DNA of 64,000 nt, from positions 62,001 to 126,000 of the forward strand of contig JAUCBJ010008813.1 in NCBI GenBank assembly GCA_032718475.1. Direction: 5' to 3'. The notes beneath the pieces were generated by a model that saw only the letters and a program-made list of their open reading frames with translations, was not told the DNA's origin and did not search any database. The stretch's first letter is position 1; each line of letters opens with the position of its first letter. Shown here piece after piece: positions 11,290 through 22,253 of the stretch. The stretch comes from Nemertoderma westbladi. Its lineage: Eukaryota > Animalia > Xenacoelomorpha. The position numbers were made by a program, and so were the translations under genes.

Positions 11290-11525
11290 CTTGGCTCCTG
11301 TAATTCTGTGTGAGCAGCAGTCCTTTCTGTTGTAAACGACAACATTGCTGATCGAGGTTACTATCTCAAGGTCCACCCAGAACCAGTGAGGTCCATTGTT
11401 TCCGGCTGTGTGTGAACAAGAGTTGCGGTTATACCGGCCACCTGTGTTACCATCCACCGCTCTAGAGGATAGTCCACCAGAATCTGTACTATCCTGTCCG
11501 GTTGGTTTAGCTATGGCGACATTAC
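11290..11525 (-). CDS. PAN/F-type lectin gene, F-type lectin domain exon
   Basis: Encodes NVAIAKPTGQDS...SRAVDGN...CSHT...WFWVDL...VVYNRKDCCSHR, with the intact fucose-binding H...RxDxxxxR motif. Splice sites are in phase. Confidence 0.93.
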
Positions 11526-11789
11526 CTACACAACATAATGGTAAACTCGAACTATAGCTTGCGATATTGATATTCTCAGAAAATAATAAATTTTGAGATT
11601 TTTGTTTTTTTTTAAACACCCGGAACTAATAACTCGATGAAATTGGAAGTATACTTCATAAAACATTACTTAACATAAGATAGTTCCAAATCCTCTTTGA
11701 CCGAATTGTTCCTATCGGAACTCCAGAACTGTTTTCAATCCCCCATAACTACCTACTCCCCGGGAGAAACTAACACTCATTTAGATACC

Positions 11790-11900
11790 ATTAGTGTGCC
11801 TTGGCTAGTTCCTTAGTTACTACCCAGGTCCCCATGCCGGGCTCGAAGCCACGACCTCGACGATAAATTTAATCCAACGGATTTAACCACGACGCCAAGA
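11790..11900 (-). mobile_element. tRNA-derived SINE-like head
   Basis: Minus strand reads TGGCGTCGTGGTTAA (box A-like) and GGCTTCGAGCCC (box B-like). No intact cloverleaf. Confidence 0.4.
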
Positions 11901-12048
11901 TGAACATGTTATGGGACATGGGACACATTTTCGAGTATTTTGTTTAGATATTGTTTTATGCTAAAATTTCACCTACAAGTTCTCCATGCTACATATTCTA
12001 TTAAGCTTTAATATTCAGGATACTGAATTTCTATAACATGGAACTTAC

Positions 12049-12118
12049 GCTTCTTGTTTTCAAGCAGGCAAGTTTCTTCAATATATTCCAAGTGGTAATT
12101 TGTGGTGTTTCTGACTCC
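12049..12118 (-). CDS. PAN/F-type lectin gene, linker exon
   Basis: 70-nt exon encoding GVRNTTNYHLEYIEETCLLENKK. AG acceptor and GTAAGT donor. Phase 0 in and phase 1 out fit both neighbours. Confidence 0.75.
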
Positions 12119-12251
12119 CTTACACAACCACTGAAACGTACATAAAATTACAGTTATAGTATGATGGTGTCAGACTGACTGTCATATTATAATCATAGAC
12201 AGTGGTATTATGGTCAGTTACACTTACTGGTACTGTAGTTGTCAGACTGAC

Positions 12252-12387
12252 GGTCATATAATCATAGGAATACGATGGTACGAGATCATCTGGACTCACA
12301 TCCTCCGCATATTTGTCGTTTAATTGGCAAGCGAATCCATCTGATTGCTTGTTGTTTCTAAAGTTGATTGATTTGCAATTACGATTC
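12252..12387 (-). CDS. PAN/F-type lectin gene, PAN/apple domain second half
   Basis: Encodes NRNCKSINFRNNKQSDGFACQLNDKYAE...YDYMT (PAN-type CxSxNF...CxLN). TTACAG acceptor, GTCAGT donor. Confidence 0.85.
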
Positions 12388-12882
12388 CTGTAATTTAATT
12401 GTGTAATCTTGTTTACATCATGGTGTAATGTAATGTAATACTTTATAGGATTACTATGCAGTATACATGTTGGTTTACTTACTTTATATCGCACCGGCCC
12501 ACATGCATTCACCTCAAACACAACGCCGCTACCACAATAGTAAAGGAAACTCTTTTTTAGTATTTAATATTATTATTTTGTATTTTATTTAAAAGTCAAG
12601 GAGAATAAACTATTGAGATTCTCAGAGGTGTTTATTAATAAGTTCTGCTCTGATTAACATCTCATTGTACAGTGTAGCCTATAGCGAACCATTAGGTGGT
12701 CTCTTACTCCACTATATTGGTACACTATGCACACCCAACAATGGCCTTATAGTATATTTGATACAAAACATTGAATAGAATTGAATTGAATTTCGTATTG
12801 AATCCGTATTCGATCCTCAACGCATAGCCTAGAATCCAATATCTTGGATTTCTGATATAAGTAAATTGTGCCATAATGTTTA

Positions 12883-15800
12883 AATAACTCACCCGGTACA
12901 CACACCAGCACATCTTAATAACTCACCTGGGTACACACACATACCAGCACATCTTAATAACTCACCCGGTACGGGTACACACACCAGCACACATCTGAAT
13001 AACTCACCTGGTACACATACCTGCACATCTTAATAACTCACCTGGTACACATAGCAGCACATCTTAATAACTCACCTGGGTACACACACACACCAGCACA
13101 TCTTAATAACTCACCTGGTACACATACCAGCCACATCTTAATAACTCACCTGGGTACACAACACACACATACCAGCAGATCTTAATAACTCACCTAGTAC
13201 ACATACCAGCACATCTCAATAACTCACCTGGTACACATAGCAGCACATCTTAATAACTCACCTGGGTACACACACATACCAGCACATCTTAATAACTCAC
13301 CTGGTATACATACCAGCCACATCTTAATAACTAACCTGGTACACATACCAGCCACATCTTAATAACTCACCTGGGTACACAACACACACATACCAGCAGA
13401 TCTTAATAACTCACCTGGGTACACAACACACACATACCAGCAGATCTTAATAACTCACCTGGTACACATACCAGCACATCTTAATAACTCACCTGGTACA
13501 CATACCAGCACATCTTAATAACTCACCTGGTACACATACCAGCACACATCTTAATAACTCACCTGGGTACACAACACACACATACCAGCAGATCTTAATA
13601 ACTCACCTGGTACACATACCAGCACACATCTTAATAACTCACCTGGTACACACACCAGCACACATCTTAATAACTCACCTGGTACACATACCAGCACACA
13701 TCTTAATAACTCACCTGGGTACACAACACACACATACCAGCAGATCTTAATAACTCACCTGGTACACATACCAGCACATCTTAATAACTCACCTGGGTAC
13801 ACACACATACCGGCACACATCTTAGTAACTCACCTGGTACACATACCAGCACATCTTAATAACTCACCTGGGTACACACACATACCGGCACACATCTTAG
13901 TAACTCACCTGGTACACATACCAGCACATCTTAATAACTCACCTGGGTACACATGCCAGCACACATCTGAATAACTCACCTGGTACACATACCAGCACAT
14001 CTTAATAACTCACCTGGGTACACACACATACCGCCACACATCTTAGTAACTCACCTGGTACACATACCAGCACATCTTAATAACTCACCTGGGTACACAC
14101 ACATACCGGCACACATCTTAGTAACTCACCTGGTACACATACCAGCACATCTTAAGAACTCGTACACACACATACCAGCACACATCTTAGTAACTCACCT
14201 GGTACACATACCAGCACATCTTAATAACTCACCTGGGTACCCACACACACATACCATCACATCTTAATAACTCACCTGGTACACATACCAGCACATCTTA
14301 ATAACTCACCTGGGTACACACACATACCAGCACACATCCTAGTAACTCACCTGGTACATATACCAGCACATCTTAATAATTCACCTGGGTACACATACAT
14401 ACCAGCACACATCTTAATAACTCACCTGGGTACACAACACACACATACCATCACAACTTAATAACTCACCTGGTACACATACCAGCACATCTTAATATCT
14501 CACCTGGGTACACACACATACCAGCACACATCTTAGTAACTCACCTGGTACATATACCAGCACATCTTAATAACTCACCTGGGTACACATACATACCAGC
14601 ACACATCTTAATAACTCACCTGGGTACACAACACACACATACCATCACAACTTAATAACTCACCTGGTACACATACCAGCACATCTTAAGAACTCACCTG
14701 GTACACATACCAGCACATCTTAATAACTCACCTGGTACACATACCAGCACATCTTAATAACCCACCTGGTACACATACCAGCACATCTTAATAACTCACC
14801 TGGTACACATACCAGCACATCTTAATAACTCACCTGGTACACATACCAGCCACATCTTAATAACTCACCTGGTACACATACCAGCACATCTTAATAACTC
14901 ACCTGGTACACATACCAGCACATCTTAATAACTCACCTGGTACACATACCAGCACATCTTAATAACTCACCTGGGTACACACACATACTAGCACACATCT
15001 TAACAACTCACCTGGTACACATACCAGCACATCTTAATAACTCACCCGGTACACATACCAGCACATCTTAATAACTCACCTGGTACACATATCAGCCACA
15101 TCTTAATAACTCACCTGGTACACATACCAGCACATCTTAATAACTCACCTGGTACACATACCAGCACTTCTTAATAACTCACCTGGTACACATACCAGCA
15201 CATCTTAATAACTCACCTGGTACACATACTAGCACACATCTTAACAACTCACCTGGTACACATACCAGCACATCTTAATAACTCACCTGGTACACATACA
15301 TACCAGCACACATCTTAGTAACTCACCTGGCTGGTACACATACTAGCACACATCTTAATAACTCACCTGGTACACATACTAGCACACATCTTAATAACTC
15401 ACCTGGTACACATACTAGCACACATCTTAATAACTCACCTGGTACACATACATACCAGCACACATCTTAGTAACTCACCTGGCTGGTACACATACTAGCA
15501 CACATCTTAATAACTCACCTGGTACACATACTAGCACACATCTTAGTAACTCACCTGGTACACATACCAGCACATCTTAATAACTCACCTGGTACACATA
15601 CATACCAGCACATCTTAATAACTCACCTGGTACACATACCAGCACATCTTAATAACTCACCTGGTACACATACCAGCCACATCTTAATAACTCACCTGGT
15701 ACACATACCAGCACATCTTAATAACTCACCTGGTACACATACCAGCACATCTTAATAACTCACATGGTACACATACCAGCCACATCTTAATAACTCACCT

Positions 15801-17502
15801 GGTACACATACCAGCACATCTTAATAACTCACCTGGTACACATACATACCAGCACATCTTAATAACTCACCTGGTACACATACATACCAGCACACATCTT
15901 AGTAACTCACCTGGCTGGTACACATACTAGCACACATCTTAATAACTCACCTGGTACACATACTAGCACACATCTTAGTAACTCACCTGGTACACATACC
16001 AGCACATCTTAATAACTCACCTGGTACACATACATACCAGCACATCTTAATAACTCACCTGGTACACATACCAGCACATCTTAATAACTCACCTGGTACA
16101 CATACCAGCACATCTTAATAACTCACCTGGTACACATACCAGCACATCTTAATAACTCACCTGGTACACATACCAGCACATCTTAATAACTCACCTGGTA
16201 CACATACCAGCACATCTTAATAACTCACCTGGGTACACACACATACTAGCACACATCTTAATAACTCACCTGGTACACATACTAGCACACATCTTAGTAA
16301 CTCACCTGGTACACATACCAGCACATCTTAATAACTCACCTGGTACACATACATACCAGCACATCTTAATAACTCACCTGGTACACATACCAGCACATCT
16401 TAATAACTCACCTGGTACACATACCAGCACATCTTAATAACTCACCTGGTACACATACCAGCACATCTTAATAACTCACCTGGTACACATACCAGCACAT
16501 CTTAATAACTCACCTGGTACACATACCAGCACATCTTAATAACTCACCTGGGTACACACACATACTAGCACACATCTTAATAACTCACCTGGTACACATA
16601 CTAGCACACATCTTAATAACTCACCTGGTACACATACTAGCACACATCTTAATAACTCACCTGGTACACATACATACCAGCACACATCTTAGTAACTCAC
16701 CTGGCTGGTACACATACTAGCACACATCTTAATAACTCACCTGGTACACATACTAGCACACATCTTAGTAACTCACCTGGTACACATACCAGCACATCTT
16801 AATAAATCACCTGGTACACATACATACCAGCACATCTTAATAACTCACCTGGTACACATACCAGCACATCTTAATAACTCACCTGGTACACATACCAGCA
16901 CATCTTAATAACTCACCTGGTACACATACCAGCACATCTTAATAACTCACCTGGTACACATACCAGCCACATCTTAATAACTCACCTGGTACACATACCA
17001 GCACATCTTAATAACTCACCTGGTACACATACCAGCACATCTTAATAACTCACCTGGTACACATACCAGCACATCTTAATAACTCACCTGGTACACATAC
17101 CAGCCACATCTTAATAACTCACCTGGTACACATACCAGCACATCTTAATAACTCACCTGGTACACATACCAGCACATCTTAATAACTCACCTGGTACACA
17201 TACCAGCACATCTTAATAACTCACCTGGGTACACACACATACTAGCACACATCTTAACAACTCACCTGGTACACATACCAGCACATCTTAATAACTCACC
17301 TGGTACACATACCAGCCACATCTTAATAACTCACCTGGTACACATACATACCAGCACATCTTAATAACTCACCTGGTACACATACCAGCCACATCTTAAT
17401 AACTCACCTGGTACACATACCAGCACATCTTAATAACTCACCTGGTACACATACATACCAGCACATCTTAATAACTCACCTGGTACACATACCAGCACAT
17501 CT
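12883..17502 (-). repeat. Splice-donor-containing minisatellite, ~34-bp unit, about 130 copies, filling a lectin gene intron
   Basis: Minus-strand unit AGATGTGCTGGTATGTGTACCAG|GTGAGTTATTA. The first copy is the real exon end and donor at 17479. Confidence 0.97.
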
Positions 17503-17601
17503 GATCCGAGAGATTGGCTTATTTTCAGTTGTTATTACATGTTCTACTAGCAGGTGATTCTGATAGGACTCGTATGTCAACTCCCTATGCCACTTCTTGT
17601 A
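17480..17601 (-). CDS. PAN/F-type lectin gene, PAN/apple domain first half
   Basis: Encodes YKKWHRELTYESYQNHLLVEHVITTENKPISRIRCAGMCT. AG|GTGAGT joins the exon at 12387 to give CAGMCTRNRNCKSINF. The 5' boundary and start codon are unresolved. Confidence 0.82.
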
Positions 17602-18523
17602 CTACAACAATATACGTAGTCTATTGAGTTGTAGAAGATTGAAGTCAGTATAATAGTTTGTAGAAGTTGAAAGTTCTCATCCATAATACAGTATAATAAC
17701 GAATATTCCTCACCATAAACTAACTAAGCATTTAGAATAATTGTATCCGCGTCCTAAAACCCAATTAAATAAATATTGTATTATTTGAAAAAAAAAAAGT
17801 TAGTATAACACGAAACTATGCAGTTCTATGTGAATTGTAGTTTTGTTAAGATTATAAGTAAACATTCAAAGATTACGTTTTGTAACTTTATACAGGTTTG
17901 GAATGCAGGTGTACTGAGCTAATTCAACTTTTAATACAACATAAATATTGTAACAGTAATTACCTCAAAGTAGTTTTATATACTTCAAAGTGTACCATCA
18001 AACAGAGTATAATTGTTTTTTCATTTGAATTTAAATTAGCGATTAATAAATTATATTACGAATAAATTGCAGCTGTTGCCTTCGATCATTATCAGTACCC
18101 TGTGGTTAGTTCTATTGGCGACACACAATTATTTCACAACCATAAATTATATTGGTGTAATATACTTTAGAGACACAAAAGTTTGAGATACTGCATTGCA
18201 TTTCATTTAGTCAATCCACTAACTCCAACTGGTTGAACTTATTAGAGCATTAAAGTCTATCTGAAGTCCTTTATATACAACTAATTATTATTCTAGAATC
18301 CACCACGAACTCGATTCGTTACTCTCTCAAACCGCCAGTGTATCACAAAGTCTTCCTTCACTTTCACAAACTGATTCTTTTGATTGGCTGTAAGTAAATC
18401 TATTACTATAATATTATTTTACCTTACAGATTGTTCATATATTAGGTCACGATATTTTGACTCATTCCTTCCCAATTTCATGTTTATCATAAAATTCCAG
18501 ACCCCCCACCCCCCTTCGGCGAT

Positions 18524-18902
18524 GCATGCAACCAGAGATCAGCTGATCGGTAGGTTTCGCCACGCTCAGCTGAAGGCATTCTCAGGAGGCCAAGCCATGA
18601 AAAGTCTTGTTGACTGGCTTGAACTGTTTACATTTCAAAGTAACCGCACGACACTCACTACGTCCTATTTACCCAATGTACTCACACACAAGCCCGCCAT
18701 TAACAAACATAATCGTGATTGACTAAGTTTGTGGTGCTGCTTCCCAGTGGTTAGTTACAACACAAACGTCTCTCTTCTGTTCACTAACCGTTCTTTCTCC
18801 GTTTGGGATTTCTCTCTAAAGAGATTTTCTTTGCTTGACCTCCTGAGAATGCCGTCAGCTGCGGAGCGAAACCTACCGATCAGCTGATCTCTGATAGCAT
18901 GC
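18524..18902. mobile_element. MITE with ~80-bp terminal inverted repeats
   Basis: GCATGC..CAGAGATCAGCTGATCGGTAGGTTTCGC...GGCATTCTCAGGAGG.CAAGC at the left end is the reverse complement of 18821-18902. A degenerate relative lies at ~58440-58700. Confidence 0.85.
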
Positions 18903-19742
18903 GATCAAAATAGATCCAGTTGCATTTAGTTTTTTATTTTTTGGTCCTTGCTCACCACCGGTAAGGCCCTTGCTCCACTGGCAACACATGTCAGAAGTCA
19001 GTGTGCTCCCGTGCACCACTGGTAAGTCATACGTCTTTTCTTTAAGAATATAAGATGGGTCTCACATTCAATCGAACACTTGAACATTTAATGGCTTGCT
19101 GCTACCCAAAGTAACCAATCACAGGCCTCTTGCCAGAAAGAACTCATGGGTCGTATGTCAAAAATGGAACATGGGACATAATCACTTTCGACTCATGGGT
19201 CGTAACAAACGACTTATGACATACCAGTGTAGACGCTCCCATTGAAACCTGATGTGTTTCTTAATTTATTTTGACTTATGACATACGACAACACGTTCGT
19301 GGGGACTTCGCGCAGCACGAGAGTGCATGCATACGTACAAATTTTGGTTTAATTTAATCTGCAATTGCCCGACTTATTTCGGTTTTTATAAAAAGTCTGA
19401 ACTGCAATTGCCCGACTTATTTCGGTTTTTATAAAAAGTCTGAAACCACCGGTACCGACTGACCTATTTTTAGTAACTTCAGATACTTTCCAAACTTTTA
19501 ATGGACTGCATACGTACAAGTTTGGTTTAATTCATCATTTGATTGAACGACTTATTTCAGTTTTTATCAAAAGTCTGAAACTACCGGTACCGAGTGTCCA
19601 ACAGTCTTATTTTGATAAAAACTCAGATTATTTCTAAATTTCTAATAGACTGCATGCATAATGTAATAAAAGTTGGTTTAATTCTAGTAATTATTGTTGG
19701 CTTTAAAAAAAATGTAATATAAAAAACGTGCAAAATAAGTTT

Positions 19743-19826
19743 CGCCAGAGATATGATTCGAACCAGCGCGAGAAGATCCATTGGATGGATAGTCCAACGC
19801 CTTATCCACTCAGCCAACACCGCTCG
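19743..19826 (-). pseudogene. tRNA-Ser-like pseudogene or SINE head
   Basis: Minus strand has TGGCTGAGTGGATAAGGCG (box A), a TTGGA/TCCAA anticodon stem, a long variable region and GGTTCGAATC (box B). The acceptor and T stems do not pair. Confidence 0.6.
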
Positions 19827-19989
19827 AGGTAACGAGCTGGCCAATGAAGGTATTAAAGTTTTATACTGCAATTTCATAATCACTACTGATAAGTACAACA
19901 GTAGGCCTAGCGTACCGGTAGGCCTATGTCATTACTTCGGAGTCTCTAGCGGATCCCCAATTAAATGTCTTAACTTTTCAATTTCGTAA

Positions 19990-20340
19990 AAGATAGACTT
20001 CATAATTCTCTACAAGCAACCAAAATTTCAGCTCAGGAAAATGAGGCGTTCCCGAGAAATTTAACATTTTCTAAAAACCACATAATCTGTCGTAGCTGAC
20101 GTCAGACTGCATGATTTTTCACCAAACTTTACAAACTTTCTAAACTTTCTCTCTACTACTTACCTACTAAGTTTGGTTCAATTCCGAACGAGCGATGCCG
20201 AGAAATTCGCGTTCAAACATTTACCAGACGGACGGACAGACAGACAGACGGACAGACAGACAGACAGACAGACGGACATGCCCCATTTGCCCTATATGAA
20301 CCGTATGCCAAGGCTCGCCGACTACGTGTCTCGCCCCACA
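19990..20340. mobile_element. HINE/DINE-1-like non-autonomous element with (GACA/GACG)n microsatellite
   Basis: AAGTTTGGTTCAATT...CAGACGGACGGACAGACAGACAGACGGACATG followed by GCTCGCC. Related blocks at 19330-19700, 27200-27340 and 62040-62405. Confidence 0.55.
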
Positions 20341-20589
20341 TATGACTTACCAGTGGAGTACGAGCCTAAGATTTTTTACTCAACATTACTGAATAATTTA
20401 GTAATTTTTTTATGTTTTCTCAATGTTCTTCAACCTGAATGTTGGCCTGCGGATTGTGAATTAATACCGGTGTGTAACTCGTTTCTTCTTCGCCTTTCTT
20501 ACTGTTGTTTACAGGGACTTTATATCAATCCGTCTTTATCTGTTTATATTAAATTATTAAATTATTTTATGTTTCAGTTCGTCTCTTAG

Positions 20590-21220
20590 TTTCTCCCCTC
20601 AAGAACCGACTAGCAGTAGGTATCTGCCCCCCCGAACCCCGTCGCCCCCTCTCCCGTCCCCCAACACCCCTCCGTCGGAGACCACCCGGGTCTGGCTGGT
20701 GGACCACGGCTATTCGGCGTCCCCGCGGACCCTCACAACGCCCCCTAGCGGGGACCCCAGAACAAACAACCCACAATCCACATCGCACACCAAGGCTTTC
20801 TCACAGCACCGCCATCAAATCGACAATCTATACGGAACACTGCCTCGCGTAAACCCTTCAATTCGTGACTCATCGTCGTCTAGGCGACCAACCTCAACCA
20901 ATCAGCGAGCGGCGTCGCCTAGCAACGAGGACCCCTTCCCGCGCATACAATCGCCCAAAGCGCATCTCGCTGTGAACGCGCTCCTCGCTACGCTCGTTAA
21001 CCAGCAACGGGAGCCCCCCGCATGGCTCGCCCCGTCCGCCGCGACGGAACCGGTTGGCGTCTCTGAGTCGCTAGCGCCCCCCAGCGGCGTCGGACAGGAG
21101 GATATGGTCGACTCGTTGCTATTGGAGACGGAATCAACCCCCGGGGGCGACTCCTTGTTGAAGCGGTCGCCCCAGCAACAGTTAATACTGGTAGCTAAGG
21201 GAGTGAACGGAGTAGTCTAG
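20590..21220 (+). CDS. EPC1: Enhancer of polycomb homolog, last coding exon
   Basis: TCTCTTAG acceptor. AG+T joins the exon ending at 10334 in frame. RYLPPRTPSP resembles EPC RHFRPRTPS, and KAFSQHRHQI resembles EPcC EQYQQHQQQL. Stop TAG ends at 21220 and AATAAA lies at 21351. Confidence 0.78.
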
Positions 21221-22253
21221 CTGAACGCGTACCAAGTCATATTGAATAATTAAAGGATTCCCTCTCAATAGTTAGTCTGGATTTACATTAAATTATTCGA
21301 AAAGGCCCAATTAAAGTCGAGTCGATTCTTTGTTACTCAACTTAATATTTAATAAAACATCGATAAATGCCGCAGGATGGCGTAACAAAACGAAACGATA
21401 ACTAAACGAAAGAAAAAATCTTCAAAGGTTTGAAAGTTTTTACTTTCTCAATATTTATTGTAAACAGACGAGACGGGGGGGGGGGGGGGTAAACAAATCC
21501 CATCTCGGCGAGTTATTATTTCGCCTCAATATTAGAGAAATTCAATTTAGAGAAAGGAGCAGGTTACAGTGACATGTTATTCTAACCAAAACAATAGATT
21601 GGATGCTATACACCACTACTGGCGTTAATGATAATTACGCTATACACCAGAGTGATAAACTTGGAGTAAAAATTCCTTAGAGTTAAAAAATTAAAAACTA
21701 ATTTAAAACGAAGGAAACTAACGAAAATTGGACAGATTGAAAAAAAAAATCTAAGGAAATTTCGAACTGGAAACAAAAAGAAACGAGATTGAAATTCGTT
21801 TGGTTTCGTTATGTCATCCCAACTTATTATTAAATTGTATAGTTGAATCCTAATAACCAATATATAATTTATTCAGCCGCCTTATTCCATAACAGTGTGT
21901 TTAGCATCTCCAGACAATGTCTCATATTCAATTTATTAGTTTAGGTTTTATTCTCATTTGGTTTATATTATATTAGCGTAAAGCTTTCGGTCTGTTCGTA
22001 ACCCATATTAACACATATCAATATATATTGATTTAGGCGGGAAATCCTTCTGTAATATTCAGCATATTGTGTGTATTATTTTAATGATTACACGGAGTAT
22101 TAAATACACGTTTATTACCGGTATTAGGATAGTGAGTGTGAATATTAGGTGTAGCATTATACGGGTGAATCGCGAAAGAACTTTTTTGTGGTTGCGGATA
22201 TTTCGAAGGTTATGGATTGGTATGTGACACTATGGGATTAAATCGAACATCAT

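Noticed and set aside
19743-19826. Functional tRNA gene
   Set aside because: The acceptor and T stems do not pair and the anticodon loop is atypical. Kept only as a pseudogene or SINE head.
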